A stretch of DNA of 64,000 bases from Felis catus (Eukaryota), in the NCBI RefSeq assembly GCF_018350175.1, contig NC_058368.1:204974001-205038000 (forward strand), given 5' to 3'. Both the position numbers and the translations under genes were made by a program. Shown here piece after piece: positions 37,464 through 49,954 of this stretch. The notes below the pieces were generated by a model that saw nothing but the letters and a program-made list of their open reading frames with translations, was not told the origin of the DNA and ran no database searches. Position 1 is the first letter of the stretch, and each line of letters begins with the position of its first letter.

Positions 37464-38306
37464 TAAACCAACTTTCTTGAGATGGCCTAATACCCTTAAG
37501 CAAAAATGAATCGCAGAGAATGAGAGTTGTGTTAAAAATTCCCATAAGGACTCTCTTGGGGAGATTCAACTGATTCATATACTTTGAGGAAAGGAAGAGC
37601 TCAAGTGGAATAAGGCTGGTCATTATTCCAGCTCCTACTAGAGATCAATTTCTTTTCTTTCTTCTAAGTGCTGGCACCCTATCCCTGTGCTTGGCAGAGT
37701 ATTTTCTCTGCATAAGTTAGGGAGGGGTTGAGCATTCTTTCTTGTGGAGGAGCTGTCAGAATCCTTGGCACATTTTAGGTTAAGGCTGGATTATGCTATC
37801 ATGGTAAAAAGTTTAGCTCAGGAGCTAATCTCTACTTTGTTAATTTATCCAGGCACAGGATTTACCAAGGAAAAACTGTAATTATTGCTCCCTAGTGGAT
37901 TCAAAGAAGACACAATAGCTTTTCTGCTTGAATGCTTTGTATATGATGTACAAATCTCTACCCAAAATGAAATGTTTTAGTTGGAAGTTTGAGATGATTC
38001 TTTTAAAAACATAAATTCCAGATATGCCAGAAAGAAGGCTGAGCTGGTCAGAAAGTGTGGGGGTGGTGCTGTTATAGTTTATACTCAGTTGTTATGAATT
38101 GATAGAAATACCTCTAGGTGTTGCGGTGAGAGGTCTAGCAGTGTTGTGCAGAAGCAAGGTGTAACTGACTATGGTTTGTTTCTTCTCAGGCTCAGTCCCT
38201 AGGGTTTCCTCCCAAAGACCAGAGACACAAAACCCACCCTCCTTCGTCACCACCCTACCTTCTCTGGGTAAAACAGAAGTAGCTCAGAAACAGAACTTTG
38301 TGGGAT

Positions 38307-38518
38307 TTTGTTTTTAATGTTTATTCATTTTTTTGAGACACAGAGAGAGACAGAGCGTGAATGGGGGAGGGGCAGAGAGAGGGAGACAGAATCTGAAGCA
38401 GGCTCCAGGCTCTGAGCTGTCAGCACAGAGCCTGACCCGGGTCTCAAACTCACGGACCACGAAATCATGACCTGAGCTGAAATCAGACGCTTAACCAACT
38501 GAGCCACCCAGGTGTCCC
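38307..38518 (-). mobile_element. Can-SINE
   Basis: TSD AGAACTTTGTGGGAT / AGAACTCTGTGGGAT. Confidence 0.94.
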
Positions 38519-39013
38519 AGAACTCTGTGGGATCTTAAATGCGGTCATCATTTCCACGTAATTTTGATTGTCAAAGAAGGAAGAAGAATCCTTTGTAATA
38601 GTTGTTGTGAAATTAGGAACAGTCATCAAATTACTGAAATAATGTACATAGACAGAATTCATGTAACAATAACTCTGCAGTTGAGACTGATAATTTTGTA
38701 GTATTATTAGTAATATGGTCAATTATTTGATGGAAAAGCCATTTCAACGTAGAACTTCATGAAACTCATGAAAGGGAATGAAGGAAATCTGGGCCATGAA
38801 ATAGTCAAGAAGGAAATCTGAACTCAGCACAACAGAAGCAATTACTTAAGCCATGCTTCTGAGCCCCAGCAATTGTCTGTATTTCATTATATGTAATAAT
38901 ATATATATACTAAACTGCATTTAATTGTTGTTTCAACCATTGTTAACTAACCCTCTTGTCTTTTTAAAGAGCACAGTTAGAGAATCCTGTGGGCATTATT
39001 TTAGAAAGGTATC

Positions 39014-39464
39014 TGTGGCAGCCATGGTGGTGCTCAGGTTTCCCCCCCAGAGAACTTTATGCAAGTACTGGGTTGGCAGACAGCCTCCAGTGGCCACACC
39101 TTGGAATCTGCCATAATGTGTATGCCAGGGCCACACTTTCTCTAGGCTGCTCCCAGCCAGTGAGTGGCTACTAGAACTGAGCCATTTCTTTCCAATAGCA
39201 GATTCTTCTAAAGGGCGGTCTGTGCTCTGGGGCTCCCTGTCGACCTGACCGAGTCATTCTCAGAGCTGCAGTATAGTCTGAGACTCTTCCCACACGATCC
39301 TCCTTCCTTCTTTCCTTAGGTGCTAGACCTGCATCATAGTGTGATGCTTTCCTTGCCTATTCTGCTCCCACTCCCCCACGTCTTTCACAGGGGTCTCCTA
39401 CAGTAAATCCTGCAAGCATCTAATTCTGTCTTGGCATCTGCTTCTTAGACAACTGGAAATGACA
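39014..39464 (+). mobile_element. ERVL-class (LTR16-like) solo LTR
   Basis: TGTGGCAGCCATG start, ...GTCTTGGCATCTGCTTCTT...TGACA end; shares motifs (GACCTGCATC) with the LTR at 60421-60881. Confidence 0.65.
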
Positions 39465-40082
39465 TAGCATTTGAATTAAGTGGACCCTAACTTGCAATAG
39501 AGTTAAAAGTTCTCCTAAGTACTTTTTTTGAAGAATTTTCAAGCAGTACTTAAAAGCTTGCTCCAGCAAGAGTCATTGCTGTCTGGATGTGCTTTAGATT
39601 ATTTACAAGGAGGCCTTGATTAAGGAGCCCCTTATCTGAACAATGGAGCTATTGCTGTTTAGAATGCTATGTATGAGAGAATCCTTAGGGACTTGGCTTT
39701 CTCTCTGACCCAAGTACAATTTGTCTAACAGCCAAAAAGAGTTGCTTCAAAGCCAGCTGGCCATAACTGTTTATTGGCATCTCATTGGCAATACTTTGCA
39801 AACATATGTTTGATGTTCAGGTTCAGAGTTCGTACATGCAGAAATCAAACAACTGAATAAGAGTATGATGTTGGATTTTTCTTACACTTGCCTCTGCTTA
39901 AAATGATAACCTATTCACTTTGGAGCCAAAATGTGATTTTAGTATGATTAGATTCAGATTCAATTAATTAAAAAATAAATCAAGAGGGCCAGTTTACTTA
40001 AAATTTTCAGTCACATATGTATCTATAATATGTTACTTTGCCCTGCAGATGAGTGTGTGGGGTCATGCACTTTTTCACTTCT

Positions 40083-40250
40083 TGTTTTCTTATCCATTCT
40101 GTTACCCTATGTCTTTTGATCGGAGCATTGAGTCCATTGACTTTTAGAGTGAGTACTGAAAGATATGAATTTATTGCCATTATGATGCTTGTAGAGTTGG
40201 AGTTTCTGGTGGTATTCTCTGGTCCTTTCTAATCTTTGTTGCTTTTGGTG

Positions 40251-40300
<50 letters not shown>

Positions 40301-41412
40301 TATATATATACACACATATAAAATATACATATATATAAAATATACATATATATATATAATATATATATTTTTTCATCTTCTCTCCCCTCAGAGAGTCCCC
40401 TTAAAATTTCTTGCAGGGCTGGTTTAGTGCCCACAAATTCCTTTAATTTTTGTTTGTCTGGGAAACTTTTTATCTCTCCTTCTATTTTGAATGACAGCCT
40501 TGCTGCATAAAGAATTCTCGGCTGCATATTTTTCTGATTCAGCACATTGAATATATCCTGCCACTCCTTTATGTCCTGCCAAGTTTCTGTGGATAGGTCT
40601 GCTGCAAACTTGATCTGTCTTCTCTTGTAGGTTAGGGACTTTTTTTTCCCTTGCTGCTTTCATGATTCTTTCCTTGCCTGAGCATTTTGTGAACTTGACT
40701 ATGATATGCCTTGTTGATGGTCAGTTTTTGTTGAATCTAATGGGAGTCCTCTTTGCTTCCTGAATTTTGATGTCTGTCTCTTTCCCCAGGTTAGGGAAGT
40801 TTTCTGCTATGATCTGCTCACATAACCCTTCTACCCCTATTTCTCTCTCTTCCTCTTCTGGGACCCCTATGATTCTGATGTTGTTCCTTTTTAATGAGTC
40901 ACTGATTTCTCTAATTCTTAAATCGTGCTCTTTTGCCTTAATCTCCGTCTTTTTTTTCTGCTTCATTATTCTCTATAAGTTTGTCCTCTGTATCGCTGAT
41001 TCTCTGTTCCACCTCGTCCATCCTTGCCGCCACTGCGTGCATCCATGATTGCAGCTCAGTTGTAGCATTTTTAATTTCATTCTATTTTTTTTACTTCTTT
41101 TATCTCTGCAGAAAGGGATTCTAATCTATTTTTGACTCCAGCTAGTATTCTTATTATCGTGATTCTAAATTCTGGTTCAGACAAGTTGCTTGTATCTGTG
41201 TTGGTTGAACCCTGGCTGTCGTTTTTTCATGCTGTTTCTTTTGGGGTGAATTCCTACTGAATTCTGTGGTTCAGGTTGTACAGATTGTTGTGTTAATCCT
41301 CCAATCAGTTTTCTAGGTGTATAGGATGGTTAAGTGTTGGTCTGGCTCTATTTCATGGACGTGAGACACACAAAAAACTTCCATGCTGTTCCGCCATCTT
41401 GGCTGCTCCCCC
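40083..41412 (-). mobile_element. Atypical L1 copy: 5' terminus, degenerate ORF1 and the first ~33 codons of ORF2, flanked by a 15-bp TSD
   Basis: 5' end GGGGGAGCAGCCAAGATGGCGG; ORF1 motifs RNNIRIIGVPE, IIAENFPNLG, QPRILYAARLSFKIEGEIKSFPDKQKLKEF; ORF2 start MAINSYLSVLTLKVNGLNAPIKRHRVTEWIRKQ; TSD CACTTTTTCACTTCT (40068-40082) / CATTTTTTCACTTCT (41414-41428). Confidence 0.92.
40250..40368. repeat. (CA)n(TA)n microsatellite in the L1 inter-ORF region
   Basis: Directly visible. Confidence 0.9.
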
Positions 41413-43979
41413 ACATTTTTTCACTTCTATAGCCCTCCTTCAAAGTGGCTCGGTTTTACATAGAAGGTACCCCAGGTTCAATATTATACCCTGTGCAACT
41501 AATGAGATGCACAAATATAATTTAAATAGCCTGAAATATTTCTTGATAAAACTCTATTCATATTCAATTTTTAAGCTATTAAGAGCAGATTTTATTCACT
41601 ATGTGTTACAATACTATCAGGAATTTTAGCATGATGAATTTATATGTTTCCTGTGTTATCTTCCTGTTCTCTATGTGTGATGACCTATTAGATTGATTAT
41701 CTCACATAACTCACATTATAACCTTATGTGGTAGGCTACTTATTATCTCCAATTTAAGACATGGCAGCTGGGTTTTAGAGAGGTTGTATGCTCGCTCAAG
41801 GTTACATAGCTAGCTATCATTTTAGCAAGGATTTTATTGTGGGTTATTCTGACCCCAAGTCTATACTTTTATGTACACATGGTACTTCATTCCTAAATAA
41901 ATTCCCTACACAATAAAAGAAAGGGGCCATGTTACACATTAATATGACATTGGGTAAATCTCTTAACTTATTTAGGAGAGTTTATAAAATAGAGTTTATA
42001 AAACAAGAAGGTTGGATTGGCCTTAAGCCCTAGACACTCTCTAGGGGTCCCTTCTGTTCTAACATTCCTTTACTTTAGATCTCATCTGGATAAGTTCCTA
42101 CTAAAACATAATCTGAAAGAAAAATTATATACAGTGTAGGGTGCAAGCCTCTGCACATGCTGATTGGGTATGCCATATCTTCTGAAATGTTCTTAAGTTT
42201 TATTCCTTCCTCTACCTTAAAAATGGAGTATATATGGCAAGAAAAGAAAAAGGTTTATAGTTTTGATGAATGAGTATCCTGTGCTCCTGTTGAGGAATAC
42301 GATTAAATTAAAAGCCATGAATAAATTTCAAAACCGAGACATCATGATTTAAGATGAATGAGTAGCTGTAAACTAGATTTAACTATGCAAGTGAATTCAC
42401 CCCAAGGTTTAAAAAGGCCATATATCCTACAAAATTTACATTAGTGTTACTTATTATAAATTCTAATTTAAGCAATATTATTCAGGGGGTAGGTCTCTGA
42501 TATGTACATTTCCTCACCTGCACTCATCTTAAAGTCTCTAATCTGATAATACTAGTAAGTTATAATATCTGAGATAAAGGCCATTTGGATCTAGAAAGGC
42601 CACTTCAAAGCTGTTCAACAATCAGTGAATGATCCAAATAGAAAGTCTCCTACAGGCAGTATGACATAAATTGTTCTGTTTGAAGGACTGGCATCTAAAA
42701 TTTATCTTATGCTTGAAAATGTATGATTTCCATACAAAATATAGTCAATTTCATGTTTGTATTAGTAGACTGATGCCATATGGACACAGTACTATTGTAT
42801 AGGCCAGGTGGCACTGTGACACAATCTTGTAATTTCCTCCTCAGGGTTCTCTTCAGTTTTATTCATTCATTCATTATTCCCATTGTTGTATACTACTGGA
42901 AGCCTAGGGTGAACTTTCTGCCATTTTGGCTGTAACAGATTGTTGTTGAATAACCTGCTCATCCTCCACTTGCTATTATCAGACAAACAATAGGAGTACT
43001 GAAAGGTGAAGTCAATATTTAACTCAGCAAAGCACTGAGAGTCCTAAAAAGCACTAAGCCCAGGATTTACTTCATAAAATTACTCTTTTCACACCTTCTC
43101 TCTCCATCTGTTATTTTATCATCCACTTCAAGTTAAAGACACAACTTTTGCCCAATGGACCTGCCATTGCATTTTTATTATTTTTTTTTAAATCAAATTG
43201 TGCAGCTTATTGAAGACATATTGAGTGATCAAAATGAAAGAGTTCTATAAAGCTTCGTCTTCCTTTCCTATTTTTTTCACAGTGGCAGCTGGAAGAGAAG
43301 CTTTCATGTTATTCAGGAACAGACAGAAATTGCTCCTTTTTATGGATACATTAAAACAGACCTGGAAATATAATTTCCTTTTCTTTTCCCCACGAGGGGA
43401 GATAACCCAGATTTTAATACGACAAATATGCCTGTAAAACAAAATGGAGCTATCTCAGTTTATGTGGATAGTCTCCTTTTGATACACTGTCACCAAAATG
43501 AAACGGAGAAACATAGATTTTTCTTCCTAGTTGAAAGAAAGAATTAACAAAAGGAAATGGAAGAAACAAGCTAAAAATATTTATTCTTTATCTTGCCAGA
43601 AACACACACACTCATCCCTTCCCTGAAGGTGCCACACAGCTGATATGGCTCTTGTTAAACAGTAACTAACAGTGAAATGTCAAGCGTCTAAAAGGAAATT
43701 GGTTTGTAGTTCTTGATTCCAAAGTGAAATGTAATGAAAGTCAAACGCAGCAAACATGTAGCTCAGTATCTTGATGTTAAGTCATGGAAGGTAACTGACA
43801 GAATTGAGTTTTGTGAGAGCAATGAGAGTTTAGTCATGCCCATATTTTTCTCGATAAATAATGCTTACGTTTTCAGCTGCTTAATTTTCTGACTAATGCT
43901 GCTACCCTCCCAGTCTGAACCCATTTAGAATGACTTACCAATCCTTTAAAAAGCATGCAATTTCAGATGATTATTTCAC

Positions 43980-44660
43980 ATCATTAATCTCCCCTCAAAC
44001 CTGCAACACCTCTTCTTCACCTTCATTTTTGGCTGTTAACACTGCTTCTTAGTTCACTAAGAAAATTGAAGTAATCCAAAGAGAGAATCCAGAGACCGGT
44101 GCCCCCTCCACTGCCAACACCACTGCATCTACCCACATTCCAGCATCTGTCCACATATCTCTGATGGGTCAGTTTTTTCACTTATACTAAACCCAGACTT
44201 CTTTCTTGTGCACAAACTTCTATGACATGTCACTCCGGACATTACTGTCTCCCTTCTCTCCTACTATCAATTTTTGCTCTCTCCTGAATCATTCTTGTAA
44301 GTAGGCAGACATATTGTCATAATTTTTATATTAAGAATAAAAACTGTTCTTGATGCCATTTCCCCTCCCAACTGTCACTCAATTATTGTTACTTGCCTTT
44401 GACAGCAAAACTCCTCAAAAGAGTTACTTACACTCACCCTTTCCAACTATTCTTCTAAAACTGCTCTTAATTCCACTCCACTCAGCCATTTCCTCAGCCA
44501 CTCCATTAATACTGGCATTAATACTCCATTAATACTAGGTGATCAATGAACTTCCCATTGCTAAATCCAATAGTCAATTTGTAGTCCTCATCTTAGTTAA
44601 CCAATCAGCAACGTTTGAAATAATTGAGAGGTCTCAACTCCTAGATTTTGCTTCTTCATT
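43980..44660 (+). mobile_element. L2 fragment
   Basis: TTCACTAAGAAAATTGAAGTAATC...TTTGACAGCAAAACTCCTCAAAAGAGTT...CATTGCTAAATCCAATAGTCAATT...CAATCAGCAACGTTTGA. Confidence 0.6.
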
Positions 44661-45295
44661 AGGCAAGCAGAGACATACAGATGGCTTTGGAAACTCATTT
44701 GTTCTTCCGTTCTGGTAGTTTAGTGACGCTGAATTAGCTCAATAGAACTGGCAGGGACCAGTGCTGGGTTCCAGAGTGGACTTTCTAGGAGTCCTTTCTC
44801 AATAAGGAAGCTTTCATTGTTACATAGTATCTAGACATTGTTGTCTATTCTTGTGCATACACAGCACATTAGAGTGGTGGTATCCTTCTGGATTCCTGCC
44901 TGTGGAGATGGTGGCTCAGGGGATCCCTGTGTGCTCTGCTTGGCTTGTGAGATTTTGCCCAATATAACCTATTCTGAGTGTAACACGGTGCTCACAAGTA
45001 GTGCATGCATGAGACTCTTCTGCTCTCAAATGGCTCCCAGAATGCTTCATTTAAATATTTTTTCTTCTTCCATGGTGGCCACTTTCTGAATGATTTCACC
45101 CAGTCTCATGACTTCCACTTCTAAGCCAGACTATTCCATTGACCATGAGAGGGCAAGAGTGAGGATATTGGGTGCTGATAATGTTTTAAGCCTAGATATG
45201 TGTGGTGATTAAACAGGCTTGTAAGAATTCACTGAATTGTACACTTCTTACGTGTTCATGTTTCTGTATGTTATCTTTCAATAAAAATGCATCCA

Positions 45296-45367
45296 GGGGT
45301 ACCTGGGTGGCTCAGTCAGTTGAGCCTCCAACTCTTGATTTCAACAAAAACACTTAAAAAATTTTTT
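45296..45367 (+). mobile_element. Miniature Can-SINE (head fused to tail)
   Basis: GGGGTACCTGGGTGGCTCAGTCAGTTGAGCCTCCAACTCTTGATTTCA directly followed by tail-like ACAAAAACACTTAAAAAATTTTTT. Confidence 0.8.
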
Positions 45368-45909
45368 AATATCCAAAAAAATCATGTTGGAGGTTGTGTC
45401 TTATCTCCAAAATTGAAATAATAATACTTACTTCATAGAAATGCTATAATTATTAAAAGAGGCAATACCTGTGCAAAATACTGTCAGTTTCCAAGGTGGT
45501 CAATAACTTTTATTTTACTCCTTCACCTTTCTTCTCTTTAACATTCTGATATTTACTCATTTTTCTATAAGCAAAATTCCTCATGCATTTAAAGAACTAG
45601 TAGGTCTTATGGAGGCTACTTTTGTCACAGACTGGAACACTGACTAACCATGAAACCATTAATAAGGGATTATAGTAACTTAAGGTCAAGGGAATATTGA
45701 TTCTAAGAAGGAGGTGATCAAGTATGTGTCTGATCACAAGGAAAAAGATGTGTGTGTGTGGGGGGGTTAAAAATAATAAGATGAACTAATTGGTACTCAT
45801 CTGGAGCTACAGAGAAAAAATACAGTGCTGGATGGTGTGTAGAATATATCACCGTACCATCCTCTGTGTGTGTGTGCCTGTACATGCACATGTGTGCTTG
45901 TGAAAACAT

Positions 45910-45947
<38 letters not shown>

Positions 45948-46488
45948 AGATGTTTGCATAGGCACAGAAAGATAACCAAGATGCTAAGTGCCTCTGCGAA
46001 CAAAGGAAGGGACAGGGTTCCCCAACACCACACAGCTACTGCATTTGCTCTGGACTGCCTATTCCAGACATTTTCACTTGGAAGAAAAATAAAACTCTGT
46101 TTTGTGTAAGATATCTGTCATACATGGTTGAACCTGATAGCGATTGCCACAGTTCTATTTCTTAGTGATTAATTTTTTTTTACTGAGTAGGTAATTTTTT
46201 GAAAATAGTAATAGAAATGAAAAATTGCCATTTGAATCTATGCCAAAAAACCAAAAGTAGATTAACTGACAGAAACTAATAAATCTAGGAAAATATGTGG
46301 GATTTATGTCTTATATATGAAAGGTCAAGGGAGATGATTTAGGTGAAATTAGCACATAGATGAATTTTGTGTTTGGGGTCCTATCAATTGCCTTCATCCA
46401 CACTTTCTCTCCTTCTATAATCTCTAGTCTCTCTCCTGCCCCTAATCATTATTATCCCCAACCAATCTTTCCATGTTTCATTTTGTTC

Positions 46489-46600
46489 TTTTTTAAAAAG
46501 ATTTTATTTTTAAGTAATCTCTACATCCAACATGGGGCTTGAATCACAACCCCAAGATCAAAAGTCATATGCTCCACTGACTGAGACAACCAGGTACCCC
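46489..46600 (-). mobile_element. Short older carnivore tRNA-derived SINE
   Basis: AAGATTTTATTTTTAAGTAATCTCTACATCCAACATGGGGCTTGAA...CTGAGACAACCAGGTACCCC. Confidence 0.8.
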
Positions 46601-46654
46601 TTATTCTTGTTCTTTGATGACTTCCACAAATGTTCTCTTAAGAATTAATAGTTA

Positions 46655-47185
46655 ATGGATGAATGGATAAAGTAGATATGATATATATATGTACATATAC
46701 ATATATGTGTATATACATATATATATATATATATATACATATACATACATACACACATACACACACACACTAGAATACTACTTAGCGATGAAAAGAATGA
46801 AATCCTGCCATGTGCAACAATGTGGATGGAACTAGAGGGTATTATGCTAAGCAAAATAAGTCAGTAAGAGAAAGACATCATATGATTGCACTCATATGTG
46901 GAATTTGAGAAACTCAACATATGAACATGGGGGAAGGGAAGGAAAAATAAGATAAGAACAGAGAGGGAGGCAAACCATAAGAGACTTTTAAATACAGAGA
47001 ACAAACTAGGGTTGCTGGAGAGGGGGATTGCTGGGGGAAAGGATTAAATGAATGATGGGCATTAAGGAGGGCACTTTTTAGGGTAAGCACTGGGTGTCAT
47101 ATGTAACAGATGAAACACTGGGTTCTACTCCTGAAACCAAGACTACACTGTATGTTAACTAACTTGAATTTAAATAAAAAAAAAA
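46655..47185 (+). mobile_element. 5'-truncated carnivore L1 (ORF2 end, 3' UTR, A tail) with 13-bp TSD
   Basis: TGGATGGAACTAGAGGGTATTATGCTAAG...; TSD GAATTAATAGTTA at 46642-46654 and 47188-47200. Confidence 0.9.
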
Positions 47186-47454
47186 TGGAATTAATAGTTA
47201 GCAGGAGTGTTAAAAGTGAACTGTTAACATTGATTATCTGCTGGGATTATAGAGAGGTGGGTCTATATGGAATGAGGTACTCTAGTATAGCAGGAAGAAG
47301 CTTCCTATTATTCTTGCCTCTTCGATATACTTGACATATACATTCCATGTTATAAGGCACTGTTTTTTAATCAATGGTACATGTTCATTTAAAGGCCATG
47401 CAATCAGTTTAAGAGGGCCGTGGCCAGATTAAAAATGGAAAACCAAATGGAAGA

Positions 47455-47925
47455 ACATTTATTTGTAATAGATTCAAACGGGAAACAGTCCAAATGAATA
47501 CCAACATGTTAATGGGTAAATAAATTATGATATATCCACATGATGGAATACTATTCAATAATAAAAAAGAATGAACTGTCAACAAATACAGCATAGATAA
47601 ATCTCAGAATAATTACATATTTAGTGAAAGAAGTCAGACCAAAAACTGCATACTCTATGATTCTATATTTATAAAAACCTAGTCAATGAAAACTAATCTA
47701 TAGTGACAGAAAGCATTGGTAATTATCTGTGGGTGGGGGAGGGAAAAAAGGGAGAGGAAGGCTTAACAAAGGAATATGTGAAAACTTCTGAGTATGTCGG
47801 ATATTTTCATTATTTTCATTGTGTTGATGGATACAGGTGTATGCATATGTCAAAACTTATAAAATTGTACACTTCAAATATGTGTAGTTTATTTACCAGC
47901 TTTATCTCAACAAAGCTGCTAAAGA
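47455..47925 (+). mobile_element. Old L1M 3' fragment
   Basis: ATGGAATACTATTCAATAATAAAAAAGAATGAACTG...AAAACTAATCTATAGTGACAGAAAGCA...TGTCAAAACTTATAAAATTGTACACTT. Confidence 0.7.
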
Positions 47926-48212
47926 AATTCATAACATCAGAGTATATCATACAGTGAGTTAAAACTTTGTCTCATGAAAATTTTCAGTGTATTTTTGTGT
48001 ATATGTGTGTGTGTGTGTGTGTATACAGCTCCTATATTTACATACTGATTCTTTAAAAAAAAAATTCTGACTGGTTAATTTCTGCTTTTATTCTTCTTAT
48101 TTTCCTTAGGTATGTTTTTTGCACCCCCCTCTGTTTCTCCTCCTCCTCCTAAATTCTGGAATTAAGTGCATAATTCATTTATTTTCATTCTCTTTAAGAA
48201 TAAAATAATTTA

Positions 48213-48436
48213 GGGGCGCCTGGGTGGCGCAGTCGGTTAAGCGTCCGACTTCAGCCAGGTCACAATCTCACGGTCTGTGAGTTCGAGCCCCGCGTCAGGC
48301 TCTGGGCTGATGGCTCAGAGCCTGGAGCCTGTTTCTGATTCTGTGTCTCCCTCTCTCTCTGCCCCTCCCCCGTTCATGCTCTGTCTCTCTCTGTCCCAAA
48401 AATAAATAAACGTTGAAAAAAAAAATTAAAAAAAAA
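48213..48436 (+). mobile_element. Young feline Can-SINE (SINEC_Fc-like)
   Basis: GGGGCGCCTGGGTGGCGCAGTCGGTTAAGCGTCCGACTTCAGCCAGGTCAC; perfect TSD AAGAATAAAATAATTTA at 48196-48212 and 48437-48453. Confidence 0.97.
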
Positions 48437-49490
48437 AAGAATAAAATAATTTAAGGTTATAATTGTATCCCTAAATAATGCTCTTGGGGATTCTTATATA
48501 TTATTTTCATGTAGTATTTTCAGTGTCATTAGTTTGTTTTGGGTTTCTTTTTGATGAAACACAGATTAAGATAATTTTTAATCTATCTTTTTTAAAGTGT
48601 AATTTCTATTATTGCTTTGTGCTCAGAGAATGTGCTCTGATCAGCTTCTCCTAATAAGAATTAATCAGGAGCATAGCTCTGAAGTCACATATGCTGGAGT
48701 TAGAATTCTATCTCCCTCACAATAATTGTGATTTGGAGGCAATAAAATTAGATAAGTTCTTTAAGCTTCAGTTCCTAGATCTTTAAATATGTTTAATAGT
48801 GTCTGTCTATCTCTTGTATTATGGTGAGAATTAAATGAGATGATATATACAAAAAAGTACTTGGCATAGTGGCTGGCCTAAAATGGAATTAAATACATAT
48901 TAGCTAAATAATATTAATATTGTCAATTCATTTTGGGACTAGGACATAAGCTTATTCTAACATGTATTCTCAAGATATAGCATTTGTTTTAACTTCTAAA
49001 ACATCTTTTATTATTTAAATCTACTTATTATTTAAATCTATAATTTTATTATTTAAATATGTTATGTTCTTATTTTGTCTGTTTTAGAATGGTGTGTTAG
49101 TCTCCCACTAAAATTGTAGTTTTTTGAGAACTTGTTTTGGCAATCACTTGTTTATATATTTCAGTGTCTTGATATTTATTCCACAAAGTTTCATGATTAT
49201 AATATCTTCTTTAATACTATACTTTAAGTAAATATAAAATGGTGACCTTCCTCATTTAATCAAATGCTTTGAGGCTTGAATTCTACATTGTTTCTAATAA
49301 TAGATTAGTTACCTGATTTTCTGTTTGTTTATACTTACCAGAAAATATTCTTTTTACTTAAATCTTTATAAATTATGCTTTTTTTTTCTTCCAAGCTTTA
49401 ATTACATTCAAATTAGTTAACATATTGTATAGTATTGGTTTCAGTAGAATTTAGTGATTCATCACTTACATACACCACCAGTGCCCTCTT

Positions 49491-49620
49491 TATTTTTTTT
49501 TTTATTTTTTTATTTTTTAGCGTTTATTTTATTTTTGAGACAGAGAAAGACAGAGCATGAACGGGGGAGGGTCAGAGAGAGAGGGAGACACAGAATAGGA
49601 AGCAGGCTCCAGGCTCTGAG
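49491..49620 (-). mobile_element. 5'-truncated Can-SINE
   Basis: Tail and body only (TTTATTTTTGAGACAGAG...GCAGGCTCCAGGCTCTGAG); no tRNA head. Confidence 0.88.
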
Positions 49621-49748
49621 GCAAGTGCCCTTTTTAATGCCCATCACCCATTTAACCCATCCCCCCCCCCCCGCCCACCTATCTCCCCTCCAGTAACTCT
49701 CAGTTTGTTCTCTATAGTTAAGGGTCTCTTATGGTGTGCCTCTCTCTA

Positions 49749-49954
49749 TTTTTTTAATGTTTATTTATTATTGAGAGAGAGACAGAGCATGAGCAGGGGA
49801 GGGGCAGAGAGAAGGGGAGATACAGAATCCCAAGCAGGCTCCAGGATCTGAACTGTCAGCACAGAGCCCGATGTGGGGCTGGAACCCACAAACCGTGAGA
49901 TCATGACCTGAGCCAAAGTCGGTCGCTTAACCTACTGAGCCACCTAGGCGCCCC
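49749..49954 (-). mobile_element. Can-SINE
   Basis: Ends GAGCCACCTAGGCGCCCC. Confidence 0.93.
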
